A DNA stretch of 55,826 nucleotides from positions 1,832,445 to 1,888,270 of the forward strand of contig WELB01000002.1 in NCBI GenBank assembly GCA_009602725.1, given 5' to 3'. Origin of the DNA: Spirogloea muscicola (Eukaryota). The notes beneath the pieces were generated by a model, which saw nothing but the letters and a program-made list of their open reading frames with translations, did not search any database and was not told the origin of the DNA. Positions 12,100-33,200 of this stretch are shown here, one piece after another. The position numbers and the translations under genes were made by a program. How positions within the stretch are numbered: the stretch's first letter is position 1; each line of letters begins with the position of its first letter.

Positions 12100-12589
12100 C
12101 TTTCTGCACTTGCCAAGTGAAAGATCGCAGTCAGTATAACAATCTCATCCATGTCGATGCAATTTCACAAGAATCTATTCTAAGTGTTGACAATAATTCC
12201 TGGTACCGGCAACAGTGGGCCTGAGGATGACGTCTCACTAACACCAACTTGTCACTGGCATGCCACAAGCCGCGTCACAGTGTGAAAGTGTGATCCGCTA
12301 AGCTCCCCACATTGCTGAGCAGCGATGCTTTGTGAAAGCTGTCTGCTGGGCCGCTTGCCAACAGGCATTTTTCCTTTCCTTTCCCAGCTGCCTTTCATCT
12401 CACGTGAATTTGACGGCCTGAGATAGTTGCTTGAAGCGAGAGTTGCCTGCCACTGCGCCCCTGATGCTCGTAGCTGTGGAAGGTATACGTGACTCTACCA
12501 CTTTGGCATTCGTAGATAGTGAAGTGTGAACTGATGTCTGAACTGATGTCTGAGGCCCCTTCCTCGACGACTCAACAAACATCGATGAG

Positions 12590-13030
12590 TAATGGGTCGT
12601 ATCGTCCCCAACAAGGCGACCACTTGCAGAAGCCATGGAGATTAAGTATCCTGCTTTTGCACCCTTCGGCCCTTTCAGACCTTGTACATATATCTTCATT
12701 TCTGGGCTGGCCAGTCACAGCCAGAGTACGTTGCTCTCTACTTGCACAACTCTCTTGGGCTGGGAGAAAGAAAGTCGCTGGGAGAGCTACTCGTTTCGGG
12801 CTGGCCTCTCACAGCCAACCTTGCATTGGAAGATTGTCCTGTTTTTTCTTCAGGCCCCTTCGTAGTTGCTTAGCGCTTTTTAGGCCCCTCCATCATTTGG
12901 CCCCTTCGAATTCTTGTCAACTCTTTTCCGGGCTGGCTTTTCACAGCCCTTGCCCCCAATGGGAGTGCCCCTTCTCTTTTTTCTGGGGAGAGCCGTGGAA
13001 GAGCCCCAGTGGAAGAGCCACTTCTCTTCG
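12590..13030 (+). mobile_element. nest of RLE-element 3'-end fragments
   Basis: QGDHLQKP remnant (compare QGTHFQKP at 844). Stem-loop units at about 12704, 12798 and 12929; 12897-12975 closely matches 54886-54965. Confidence 0.6.
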
Positions 13031-13135
13031 GTGCTCCGCCAGCAAGTGCTGACGAGATAGGACCGGGGATCGTCGTGGCACCCAATACCTCAGTCCGGAA
13101 TCCCAAACCCCGCCAGCTGAACACTCGTCCCGGCC

Positions 13136-14785
13136 ATGGCGGCGGCCGCGTGGGCGCCGCCGGGACCGCCGTGGTGCGGGCCCGCGGCGGCGGCNNNNNN
13201 NNNNNNNNNNNNNNNNNNNNNNNNNNNNNNNNNNNNNNNNNNNNNNNNNNNNNNNNNNNNNNNNNNNNNNNNNNNNNNNNNNNNNNNNNNNNNNNNNNNN
13301 NNNNNNNNNNNNNNNNNNNNNNNNNNNNNNNNNNNNNNNNNNNNNNNNNNNNNNNNNNNNNNNNNNNNNNNNNNNNNNNNNNNNNNNNNNNNNNNNNNNN
13401 NNNNNNNNNNNNNNNNNNNNNNNNNNNNNNNNNNNNNNNNNNCGCCGGGCGAGCTCGCCGGCGGCGGCGGCGGCGGCGAGGGCGCCGGCCCGCCGGTCAT
13501 CAGCTTGGAGTTCATCCACGTGAGTTTAGGTTTAGGGTCCAATATTAGGCCGCCGCGGGCCTCTGAGGCTCCGCTCATTCAACATTATCACCCTCAATAC
13601 GCGTTTGCACCAGAAAGCTGGTCGAGCTCTAGCTGGTGGCCACAAGGGCTTGTCAATTGCCGTCCGGTATTGGGGCATCAGTTAGACACCTCGTGGTTAC
13701 CGAGCTGGTCAGCTTAGCAGCAGGCGATGTACATCTGTTGACGTGCTTGCATCTTTACTTGGCCACTCAGTCCCTCCATCCACCAATACACACTCCGTCT
13801 CTGTATGCACCTGGCTGGCTTTAACAGCCGCTCATTTAATTTAAATATCAATCAGCTTGAGCAGCAGCATTGTTTCTCTGCGGCGCGCAGCCGAGGCGGC
13901 CGGGCGAGCGCGGCGCAGCGCAGGCGGTTAGTGGCGCCAAGCTCCTGCGCTCCATCATGCTGGAGAGCCGGCTGGAGCTCTACGGCGCATATGGCAAGGT
14001 CATGAACTGCAACGGCGGCGGCAGCTGCGGCACCTGCATCGTCCAGGTCTCGCTGCAGCCTGCTCTTCTGCCTTTACATGCAATGACGCTGAGTGTGGGG
14101 TTCTGGCAACTGTATGATATGACCTGTGCCCGCTTGGTGAACTCGAGGGTCAAGTTGATCAGGATGTAAGGGACAGAGCGAAATGGTTTTTGGGGCGTGA
14201 TTCCCAAGGTTAGAGAAGGACTGGGTTTTGGCAAACCGAGCCAAGGGACTAGCTGGCGGCTGGAAGCTGATGAGGGAGATACTGGGAGTCCGGCGCTCAA
14301 GAAGGGCCCCAGCCTTTGCTGCACGCCCTCACAATCGTATGCCACGCTGAGCAGATTTTGGAGGGCCAGGAGCTGCTCAACGAGAGGACCGACACGGAGC
14401 TGCGAAAGCTGAACAAGGTGAGGGAGCTTGACTGCACTTACAAGAGCTACGCGATCTCATATACTGGCAGGACAATTGGTGGTTTAGATATATTGCGTCT
14501 TGCAGCAATGGCACCTAACCACCGCTCGATCTGCAGAAGCCGGAATCCTGGCGATTGGCTTGCCAGACGATTGTGGGCGACAAGTCTAACAGCGGGAAGG
14601 TGGGTCAATTGATTTCCTTTCAAGGCCCACAGCTATGGCTCCCTGTGGAGGCGTCTGTGGATGCTTGCATGTTCGTGAGGATAGCATGTGTCCACAGCTC
14701 TTTCAAGTCTCGAAGTCCACTACTCATGTTCTGCTTGTATCATCTGCAGGTGGTAGTGCAGCAGCTCCCCCAGCAAGTCAAATAG
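13136..14785 (+). CDS. plastid 2Fe-2S ferredoxin-like protein, PnsB3/NDF4 family (exon 1 interrupted by an N gap)
   Basis: Spliced SGAKLLRSIMLESRLELYGAYGKVMNCNGGGSCGTCIVQ|ILEGQELLNERTDTELRKLNK|KPESWRLACQTIVGDKSNSGK|VVVQQLPQQVK*. It has the C-x5-C-x2-C...C cluster motif and an Ala-rich transit-like N-terminus. Confidence 0.88.
13195..13442. other. assembly gap (N run)
   Basis: Run of n characters inside a GC-rich first exon. Confidence 0.99.
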
Positions 14786-15343
14786 CAACATTCTTTGCAG
14801 CAAAGACTGCTAGTGTCAGCGCAAATCGTAGGGCTGCTAATCACATAGGAGCCAGGTTGGCTAGATTTGAGAAGCATCTGTGCCAAGCATGGGCCCTTTC
14901 AAGAAGTGGCATTCATTGCCGTCTTCTGGATGCCAAGCTTTCAGTTGGCAAATTAGTCCTGACCCTGCAGCAGAACAAGCACAACGGTGCATACTGCACG
15001 CACATGCATGCGGTGCAAATACTGTCTCCTTGCATGTATAGTCGTACATGCAATGTACATACAATGCATTAGAGGCTCTTGTAAAGATTACACCACTTAC
15101 GAGTTGCTTGATACCATCCCTGGGACATCTCAGAGCGGCAGCTCATGAAGCTCCCTTATATCAGACTCTTTAGTCAATTGCTATCAAGTAACTTCTCTGA
15201 AAATTGACCTTTGAGAATCTCCAGCAAACTTGTCCCTTGACGTATTTAGACAGAGTGACGACATAGATAATCCGGCACGACTTGCTCAGTATAATTGTGC
15301 TGCACATCAGATGCTGGTTCCATCTTCTTGCGAGTAGTTTCGG

Positions 15344-18300
15344 TCAGTCAATTTTGCTCGCAAATGTTTTCGGAAGAAGTGAGTCCCTACGAATGACCTG
15401 CACATTGATGCCGTCCAGCATGCTAAGAGTGATGCCCAACTTCATGTGCGGCACCTCTTGCTTTGATTGAGCAGGGCAAAGGTTGAACGTGAAGCGGTTG
15501 TACAGCTTTACAAGGGTCATCACAATCTCAAGTTGGCCGAATCTATAACCAACGCACATCCTTGGCCCTGCACCGAAGGGGATGTAAGAGCACGGGTGGC
15601 TCGACCTGCAATACGGCGTCATCAGCTCAAAGACTCTCCGGGTAGATTCATTTTGGCAAATCTATTCTCTATCTTGAAGGCAACCAATAGGCTTTGCAGA
15701 TGACTATATGAAAACGCACGCAAAATGCGAAGACCAATTTGAGTATCATTAGTGAAAGTGTGAAATCTCTTGGCAGTGTTCGTCACCGGAGTTGCTCGTT
15801 GCCCGGAAGCCAGCGCTCGGGACGGAAAGCGAGAGGGTCGTGGTACAGCTGAGGAAGGCGATGGATGTTGTAGACGTCCATGAGCAACCTCGTGCCTTTT
15901 GGGAAGTGGTACCTGCCCACATCGACGCTCTCCGTTGTCTTGCGGAGGAGGTTCGGAGCTGGCAAGATGAGCGACGAACATGAGCATGAGCAACGGAGCT
16001 CACTCGTGTTATAGTGCTTGATGCTTGTGTCACTGCTTGCTGCAATTCTCACATGCAGCATGGTGTGGTCACTTATCAGGTCCAGAACGGAAGTGACCAG
16101 GTGGCAGGAGGCGGAGCGTCTCCTTCATAACCGCAGTGGTGTAAGGGAAGTGCGACAACTCCTCAAGTGTCGGCGTGCTGATGCTGACTCCGTCGATCTC
16201 GTCCAGGAGCTTCCTTTCTGCCTGTGGGCTTCAGCGACTCTTAGCATTGCCCGCCAATCTGGTGCTCATTGAGCTTGAACCAACAACTCATGGTGGTCAT
16301 TACGCGTTCTGCATGCAAGAACGGGCTTGTAGAGTCAGTAGCTGCTGCCGAGCTTGCGACAAGAAGTGGGCCTCAGTCACCTCTGGATTCTTGGACAACA
16401 GAAAGATTGCGCCGGACAGGGAGATGGCCACCGTTTCGGACCCTGCCATCAGGAATTCGAAGGCCTCCGCCTGCACCTGCATGTCCATGAAGCCGGCATG
16501 CAGTATTGGAAACATGCGTCACCCTTGGCTGCTGCTTAGCCAGCCATTCATTGTCATGTATTTCGGCAAGCAGGCTCAGTACTTGCCTGTAACGTCGTCA
16601 GCTTGTTGCCGGAACCAGTGACTCGCGCCTTGGTTCTGAGATACGTTAGGAAGTCCGAAGGCGGCTCCCCACCTGCCCTGCTGGTGTCAGCCTGCTTCCT
16701 CCCCCTCCGGAGCATGACACTTGTAATATAGTCCCGGGAAGCTCGGCCGCGGCGTTCTGGCGTGCCCGGGATGTACTCCAACATCAGCCTCAGTGCCGTA
16801 CCCAGCGTAGGGGACACGAGGAAGAGCAAGGTGCTCAAAGGGGCACCTCTGACGTTGCAGGAAAAGTTGTCAGCCACAAACATGATACCGCGGCTTTCAG
16901 GCAGTCCTCAGTTGCCTCCTAAGAAGCGGACATGTAGGCTACATGATGATGATATTCGCTGTCGTGAAAGTCAGCAGCAGATGTTACATGCAGTGCCGCA
17001 CCCACACAGTGTATTGGTCGTGCTGTGTGCACCCACCTCCCAGTAAGATTGAATGTCTCGACCATGACATTCGCTGCCTTCACCAGCTTCCCTCCTTCAA
17101 TGGACAAGAAGTCTGCACCAAATACGGCTGTGCCAATTGCATCGAGGCCGAGCTTGTGAAAGAGCAGAGATATGTCAGTCGTGCCTCGCTGGCCAGCCGC
17201 ACGTTCCAACCTGGCTGAAGAATGAAGTAGCAGCTGTCATTGGACAGCAGAATGAGCTGCACAGGTTGACCACATTCCAATTGTGTCGTTTTGTTTTCAA
17301 ATTGGCAAGGTATTGTGACAATCAAGACACCAGATTCTTTCCATATAGGTAAGAACGTAGAGCGTTCTGATTCTACACTGGGACACGATCACATAGAAGC
17401 TACTGGTGAAGGTCACCCACCCAGGAGGCGGTCTAGGCAGGAGCTGACGAGGCCAGAGTAGCTTGCGAGCTTTTCTGTGTGAAACAGGGGCAACACGGTG
17501 CTGCGGATGCCTTGCCAGTATGCGCCCTTGCTAAACAAGAGCATCCAAGGCGTCAGCTCGTTGGGCGTGAGCTCGAAGCGGTCTTGCGCCTTGTGAAAGC
17601 CCTTGACACAGATGGCGTGCACTATGTCAGGGTCGTGCACCAACACCATATGCTGCGGCCCAAGGAAATACTTGCACACGGGCCCATACATGCGGCCCCA
17701 CTCCTGGTGGCACAGGTGCATCTGAAAAGCATGCATCGTGTCAGCACGTTGTCCATCATACAGCAGAGTAAGCGCAAGCGCACTGCAGAGCTCAAAGCGA
17801 GACACAATGAATTCTGTCACAGCATATCTGGTAGGCATACCCCGGCATTTTTGAGTGGTTTGCAATTGTGAACACAGTTGTCACACGCACTCCGCAAATT
17901 TGGTTCCTCCCAGTGCCTTGCCATCTATTTTTTTTACATGCCTTACAATCATATGCCAGTCTGATCTGCAAGCCTCGATTCTAGTCCGACTCGCCCAAGC
18001 ACCTGCACTCATTAACCTGGATTTGTGGCACTGAAAGCAAGCGCACTCGGCACACGATCGTAAGGGTGGACCTTGCAGATCGGGCAGGCATTGGCTTACG
18101 GAGATTTCGTTGATGTCAGGCAGGTGGCCAAGTAGCCAGCTGCGCCGCCGAGGGCCCGGAATGTGCCTCAAGCTCGGTGCAGACACTGCCATGGCCACCT
18201 GGGCTGCCCACAGGAAGATGCCAAGCGCCGCCAGGGCAGTGACCGTCGCCTCCAGCGCACCAGCCCACCCATCATGCATCGCGAGCTGCTCGCCTGCTGC

Positions 18301-18351
18301 AGCCATTGCTGTGGCGCAGGTGGAAGTCCAAGCGCTGCCAACGAACTCCAT
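15344..18351 (-). CDS. cytochrome P450, CYP711 (MAX1)-clan-like (multi-exon)
   Basis: N-terminal TM helix followed by IPGP hinge; I-helix FEFLMAGSETVA; NPE|AERKLLDEIDG; ETLR (ExxR); FRPERW; heme motif HPCSYIPFGAGPRMCVG. These resemble CYP711A, but the clan call comes from memory, not a tree. Confidence 0.9.
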
Positions 18352-18920
18352 TTCCAGGACCAGCCACGTTACAAGAGACTGGAGAGGCACGAACTGTCGT
18401 TCACAGCAGCCGGCTCAGCGCCGGTCAGCCTTGTAGCTCGGCCAAAGTCGAGTGAGGAGTTGTGCAGGCCAGTATTGAGGCTTGAGGCCCTCACAAGTCC
18501 TCCGCACGGGCTGGTAGAGGTTGGGGCCAAAAGGTCGGCTGGTTGCTGGCTCGTGATCTGGCTAGTGACGCTCGTCAAGCAGGCCGGCCAGTGCGCACGA
18601 GGATAGGCAGGACTGCACTGGTAGTGTCAGGAGGCTCTGGCCGAGATTCGGAGGGAGAGCAGGCTGGCGACGTGGGCACCCGCGTCGGGCGCATCGAGCA
18701 CTCGCCGGCCTCGAGACGGAGATGAGGAGTCTGGGAGACCGGAGGGCGTAGGCGCGGGCGCGGCGGCCTGCAGTCAGTAGACCAGGGAGGTGGGAGGCGG
18801 GGAGGGCGGGAAGGAAGGAGCAAATGTAAGGGGATAGGAAAGGGAGGGGGGTGGCCGACACCATTGTGAACCTTGTTGACCACCTTGTCTCGGCGGCACA
18901 ACAATTGTTGCAAGATACTN

Positions 18921-18941
18921 GAGAGAGAGAGAGAGAGAGAG
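18921..18941. repeat. (GA)n microsatellite in the P450/FAAL divergent spacer
   Basis: About 10 GA units next to a single n. Confidence 0.85.
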
Positions 18942-19414
18942 GGAGGGAGGGGAGGCAGAGCGGCGATCGCCGAGGGCTGCTGGCCTGCAGGCGGCGGCGG
19001 CAGCGGGGAGCGGAGCTTGACACGAACGACTTTCTGGGATAAGCCTATAAATCAACCGCCGGAGAGGGCGGGCGGCCACAGTAACGCGTGCGTAGTGCCG
19101 AGCAATCAGACACCGACGCCTCAGGATTCGTGTCCAAATTCGGCCCGGGCGCGCGGCCTGCAGCTCCTCGGAACAATGACCCTCGGGCCGCCTCAACCCG
19201 ACGTCGGAGCCTCGCGGCCCCTCGGCCGCCTCCGCCCCGCGCGACGAGTCCTCGCCGGGGCCTTTCCAATGCCTCGCCATTGCCACTACCGTCGCCATTG
19301 CCACTATCGGCGGCTGCCCGGCGGCTGTTGAGCGGGCTCCCCTTACTTGGGCATTCAGGCCCTCCATCGCGTAAGTACGCACTCCGTATTACCGTCCTCC
19401 GGCGCCGAGAGCTC

Positions 19415-26813
<7,399 letters not shown>

Positions 26814-27253
26814 ATCAGTAATCCGCAGCAGTTGAATGGCACAACCCCTAGCAAGGGGCTGCATCAATTGACCGAGATGCATAACCCCGGCTGATGACAG
26901 ATGCAATCTGACAGACTGCTATGGCAAAACAACCTTCACTGTTAATGCACCTTGTTGTGCAGCTGCAGTACATCCACGGACATGCAGCTGCACATCCTAC
27001 ATGACAATTTCAAGTAAATGCCTGAATAAGGGACAACAGCCCTGAATGTACAGAAGTGCGGTAGTTTGTGTGAGGCACAGCCAACTACAGCACTTTGGAT
27101 AACCTATTTCGGTCTTTCTCAAAGTGGAGCTCACTGCCAGTCACGAATGTGTGATGCCCAAACCCGAGCACGCCCTAAGCAAGCACGCGTCGGGCTTGCC
27201 CGAAGCTCGAGCTGAGGCGGCTCGGCAGCGCAGGCCTGCGTAGGCAGCCGGAG

Positions 27254-30200
27254 ATGCTCGTGGAGAGGCCTGCCGCCGCCGCCGCTGCCGCCGCCGCCGT
27301 TGCTGGCAGCTGCGCCATGTTGCAGGGTGCGCTCTCGCGCGCCTCCACGAGCCGTCCGGTGGCGGCGGCGGCCGCCGCCGTCGCTGGCCTCGGCCTGGTG
27401 CGTGGCGCCAGCGAGCGGCGGGCGGCCACCACCGTTGCGGACGGCAATGGCGGCTGGCGGCGCTGCCAGGCTCCAGTGGCGCGCCCACTGTCGCCCATGC
27501 GGGCGTTCAGTGGCAGGGGCAGGCCAGGGAACCGCCACGGGCCGCCCACCTCCGCTGCGGTCGCCGTCGAGGAGGTCCAGGCCACAAGCGAGCGCCGCGA
27601 AGGCGACGGTGGGGCGGACACGCCCACGTTTCAGGAGGCCATCCAGCGGTTGCAGGTGAGCATTGCTCAGTGGCAAAGGGCAGGCCATGTATGGAACCAG
27701 CATTGCGTCACAGTTGATGGTGGACCAGGACCGGGCACGCTGCTGACAACTTCGGAATGCTCTTCTCTGACAGCTGATTGCAATGGTCATGATGGTGGTC
27801 AACGCATCGGCTATAGAGGTTTAGCATGTATGTTTGCTGTGACCTTTGTCAGTGTCTTGACCTTAGACACAAACTATGAACTTGCTCTGCTGGCAGGACT
27901 ACTGGGCGCGGGCGGGCTGTGCTATACTGCAGCCGAGCAGCACAGAGGTCGGGGCGGGCACCATGAACCCTGCGACGTACCTCCGTGTGCTCGGGCCTGA
28001 GCCATGGGCGGTTGCCTACGTCGAGCCCAGCATCCGGCCCGACGACAGCCGCTACGGTGACAACCCGAACCGAGTGCAGCGGCACACGCAGTTCCAGGTG
28101 GGCGGCTGCCACTAACAACGTCGTCAGAGCAGCTGCCATCTTCATCTGTGCTCGCCGATACTCGTCAGCTGCAGAGCTCTTCCGTACTCAAGAGGCGGCA
28201 TCCTACACCCTGCATTCATACCCCGGCGTTTGAGTCCCTGATGTCTCACTCTTCCTTGACTGCTGGGGACTGGGAACATTGGATGCAGCGGCTTTGCAAA
28301 GAGGCCTGGACCTGGCAAGCAGTTGGGGTTTCCTATGCTGAAATCTGCATCTGAGGGGCTTAGGGGTATGAGCTCTGGGGTTCAGGCTAAAATTGCAGCA
28401 GGGCAAGGGCGACTTCTATGGCATGTTCATCTTTGACCATTGCAGTTGCTGCCCATCAGTAGCAAGCAGCGGACCTGAGGGCTTGAGCAGGACTAATTTA
28501 GATTCCTTTGATGACAAAAGCTTTCTCATGATTGGCAATAAACTGAAGATAATGGCCGGCCTTGGTGTATATGCAGGTCATCTTGAAGCCTGACCCCGGG
28601 AACCCCCAGGAGCTGTACCTGGGCAGCCTGGCTGCGCTGGGCATTGACACGGCGGCGCATGATGTGCGATTCGTGGAGGATAACTGGGAGAGCCCAGTAC
28701 TTGGGGCTTGGGGCCTCGGCTGGGAGGTCTGGATGGACGGCATGGAGATCTCGCAATTCACCTATTTCCAGCAGGTCCTTGTAGCTCCATAGCCTTCTCA
28801 CGCACCGAAGCTTTCGTCGTCTTCGGCTCTCAAGCCTACAGATTAGACTTGTAAGCAACTTGTAAAACTCCCCAGTTGCAGGCTTCATTACCTGCTTCTG
28901 AAGGACTGTCAAGCCAGCTATACTTGTAGACGGTTTCTTTATGAGGTCCGCAGCCTTGAAGTTGTAGGCTTTCAGCGCAGTCTTCATACTTTCCCTGGCG
29001 CTGTGCTGCTGCATCCCATTTCATGTTCCAAGGCAGTGCGGGAGCATGGCTCTCAACGCCGTCTCTGTGGAGATTACTTACGGCCTTGAGCGGATCATCA
29101 TGTCGCTCCAGGCATCCTCCCTCCCCTTCCCTTGTTCCTGCATCATGAGGCCTTCAACTGTATGGAAGTGTTGACGTTGTCTTTTTGGAAACATTTGCAC
29201 TTAGTGACCTGCTGAGATTCTTGATATCAGCAAGACACTTGCATCACTTTGCTGAGAACTTACTGATGTTTCTCCTTCAGGGAGTGGACCACTTTAAGAA
29301 GATTAGGTACACACAGGGCATCACGTATGGTGAGCTCTTCCTTGAGAATGAACGGGAGATGAGCACATACAATCTGGACCAGGCGGACATTGAGCGTGTG
29401 CAGAAGCGTTTTGAGCTGTACGAGGCTGAGGCCAAGAGCATGCTCAAGAAGGAGCTTGCAATTCCGGCGTACGACCATGTCCTCAAGGCGTCTCATGCTT
29501 TCAACGTCCTGGATGCTCGCGGCGCCATCGGCGTCACCGAAAGGGCTCGCTTCTTTGGACGCATGCGTGCGTGAGTACTTTCTGTAGAAGGAGTACCTTT
29601 TATCAGCTATTTAGCACCTGGGCCGACTCGTAAGAGCAGGGGCGTGACATGCAAGGACTTGGAATGAGCTTGTATTCTCCTCAGTCAAGCCCTTGATGAG
29701 ACCTTGAAAGTGCAGAAGCCTGGTCCATGACAGCTCTGCAGCTCTGTAGCTTGCAGAATGCATCCCAACCTGATTCAGAGTCGCATCTCATGAGCACTAA
29801 CAATCTCGTACTAGAAGATGTGCATGGCATCAAGTGACTTTGGATGCCTTTCATCTGCAAAGTCGGACCTTTGTGCTGTCATCCACGTGCAGGCTGGCGA
29901 GGCAGTGCGCGCAGCTTTGGGTAGACACCAGGGAGCGGCAGGGCTTCCCATTGGGCATTGTAGAAGAGCCCAAGCCCGCACCACAGGGGCCGGCACCCAG
30001 AGGGCTGTCGATGGAAGCACAAGGTCCGCGCTTGTTTGTGCTGGAGCTGGGCTCGGAGGAACTCCCGCCGCAGGATGTCACATCAGCTGTCGCTCAGCTC
30101 AGAGCTGCCGTGCCGTCTATGCTGGAGAGGCTCCGGCTGGCGCATAGCAGCGTGTACGTCTCTGCCACGCCACGACGGCTGACGGTAAGTTGCTCGGCTA

Positions 30201-33200
30201 CATTCTAAGAAGTGAATGAGAGCAGTGACGGGTTGCTTACTGCAAAGCCACAATCTTTTTTGTTGGAGTGTTCTGCATTATCAGAGTGCTGCATATTTGG
30301 ATACTTGATACGCGGTCCTTTCATGTAGACAGGTCGAAGTAGGAACCCATGACTGTATTTGCCTAAGATGGAGCCTTTTCTCAAATTGAGGGCTGATGGT
30401 TTCAGGTACTAGTAGAAGACTTAGCTGCAAAGCAAGCTGACAAAGAAGCCGAGGTCAGGGGACCTCCCACAAGTAAAGCATATTCTGCAGAGGGACAGCC
30501 AACAAAGGTGAGCCTCAAGAGCACCAAGACTACATGGCAGAAAGCCGTCTTCAAGGTTGTGTTTGCACCTTTCAGCTTGTCAATGCAGCTGAGAATTGGG
30601 AAATTAGTTGCACAAGTATGTAAGAATGAGCAGAGCCGTACTGCTGATGCTTTTTACAAGCCTTATGAAGCTCTCAGATGTTAGCTTGGCAAGCATGAAG
30701 GTGGCAGAAAGTCCTGCATCTCTGGATCTGTTCTTATGATGCAAAGCACAAGTTCTGGTTGCAGGCGGCTGAGGGGTTCTGCAAGAAAAACGGTTTGTCA
30801 GTGAGCGACCTCTATGTTCGTGTGGACGGCAAGACAGAGTACGTCTTTGCAGTGGCTAAGGAAGTAGGAAAGAACACAGTTGAAGTGCTTGCACTGGAGC
30901 TTCCTCAGCTCCTCTCTGCCATCACCTTCTCAAAAAGCATGCGGTGGAACAGCCAGGTGACCTGCGCAGCTGATAGCTTATCCCAAATGGTCTGGGTTGG
31001 TGTGTTTCAAGATGTGAGCATACCCACGACTCTTAGTGTATAACCTAATCTCCACTGTCCTGTCACTATTAGTTCCTCTGGCTGGCAAGCATGTGTTTGT
31101 ATAGCTACCAAGCATAGCTGACTGTGCCTAAGGGCACCTTGGCCTTCAAGCAGGCTGTCTACAGCAGGCCGTTGAGATGGATCCTGGCGCTCTATGGTGC
31201 CTCGCCTGTGCCCTTCTCATTTGCCAACGTGAGCAGTGGTGTCTGCACACGGCTTCTCAGGAACTCTGAGCGGCCAACACTTCAGGTCGAGACGGCAGAG
31301 CAGTATTTAAGCACCATCCAGTCGGCTGGCATCACCCTGAGCATCGAGGTATCGACCTGTTTCTGATGTCCTCACGGCTTTGACCTGGGCCTCAGCTTCA
31401 TTGTCAAACATGGGCCTCAGCTTCCTTGTCCAATTTGATCAAATTGGACAAGGAAGCTGAGGCCCATGTACAGCATCTCCAATCTGCTCTTGATTGCACA
31501 AAATTTTCACAGCGCATCATACCCAGCTCTTCTAATGATAGGTAGCAGGGTCCTGCAGGATCGATGTCGTGATATACAGAAGGCTAGCTCTGAGCTGGCA
31601 GCCGACATTGGTGGAGAGATACCAGCTGCTTCGCAGGGGAAGCTCTTGCAGGAGGTTGCAAACCTAGTTGAGGCTCCAATGCCCCTTCTTGGAAGATTCG
31701 ATAAAGCCTTCCTTGAGCTTCCCAAAGAAGTTCTTGTCACGGTAAGCATGTTACCTCGTCATTGGTAAAACAATGTAAGGTCTTGTCAAAATCGGATCCG
31801 TCTTCATAGGAATCTGTGAACCTGCTGATTTTTTCTGCTGATACAGATCATACTGTAAGCGGCTGGCTGCTTAGTGGCCTTGCAGGTCATGGAACAGCAC
31901 CAGCGATACTTTCCAATTGAACAGAAGGAGACCAAGCAGCTGATGCCTGCATTTGTTGCGGTCGCGAATGGACGCCTTAATGAGCAGATAGTGAGAAACG
32001 GCAATGAGGCAGTGCTTCGGTGACTACCTACAGAGAGCCTCACTGTGTCAGCTCATCCAGTAATTACTGCCTTTGACAGATTCAGTTTTCCAAGACTGTG
32101 CTTGTCAATGTCAGGATCTAGAACTAGATCAAAGCTTACGAGTTCGTTTGCTGATATTGTTAATCAGCGCTCGATATGAGGATGCCAGCTTCTTCTACAA
32201 GGCGGACTTAGCCCGCCCACTTGCAGGGTTCAGACCACTGCTAAGCGGCATCACATTCCAGGTGAGTGTGACATGCTGCTAGGCTTTGTCCTCCCTGCTT
32301 CACGTCTGAGCTCATAAAGCAAGTTGACCTGACAAAGTACGAATTGCAGAGTGCGAGAAGTCTGTTGTATGCAATCTCATGCTTGACATGCAATTGGACA
32401 GTGTGCTTATTGGTTGCTGCTCATTGCCTTTACTTGCAGGAGAAGCTTGGGACGATGTTGGACAAGAGCAAGAGAGTTGAACAGATTGCCCTCTCTCTAG
32501 CGGAGCTCCTTGATATTAGTGAAAGCGATATCTGCACAGCTAGACAAGCTGCTCCACTAGCCATGGCAGACCTGTCCACGGCAATGGTCACAGAATTCAC
32601 ATCCTTGGCTGGGGTCATGGGTCAGCACTATGCCATCAAGGAAGGCCAGCCCATTGAGGTACGAAGCTATCAAATATCAGAAACAATCTCTTGGATCCAG
32701 CAGTGGTGGACCTTGCTCACACACTTTCTCAAGCAAGAACTTTTCCCTGTAGACAGGCACTCAAGCCTGTGTGTAAAGATGAAGTCAGGTAGCATGCACG
32801 AAGCTAAATTAACTGATGAGACAGGCTGAGCAATCCTTTGTGGGCAGGTGGCGAAGGCTGTCTTTGAGAGCATCCTACCAAGGTCTGCTGGCGATGCTCT
32901 TCCTACAACTGAGGCTGGAATGCTCCTCTCGATTGCAGGAAGGTAGACATCTCAACTTTTCTCAACCTATTCATGCGTACCTCTTTGCCTCTGCACGTCA
33001 ACAACTTAATGAATAGCAATACTGCAGGAGTATAGGTGAATGTGCAAGTGCTGTTAAGGTGTATGCAGCATACCTCTGTGCATTTGTACCAGGCTTGACA
33101 GCTTGGTGGGCCTGTTTGCTGTGGGCAATCCACCATCAGCAACTGCGGATCCATTTGGACTTAGACGCTCTGCTTATGCTCTCGTGAGTGGCCTCCACTC

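Noticed and set aside
13136..14785. Ferredoxin-like gene as electron donor for the adjacent P450
   Set aside because: It is a plastid PnsB3-family protein, whereas the P450 has an ER-type anchor and would use cytochrome P450 reductase; adjacency is probably incidental.
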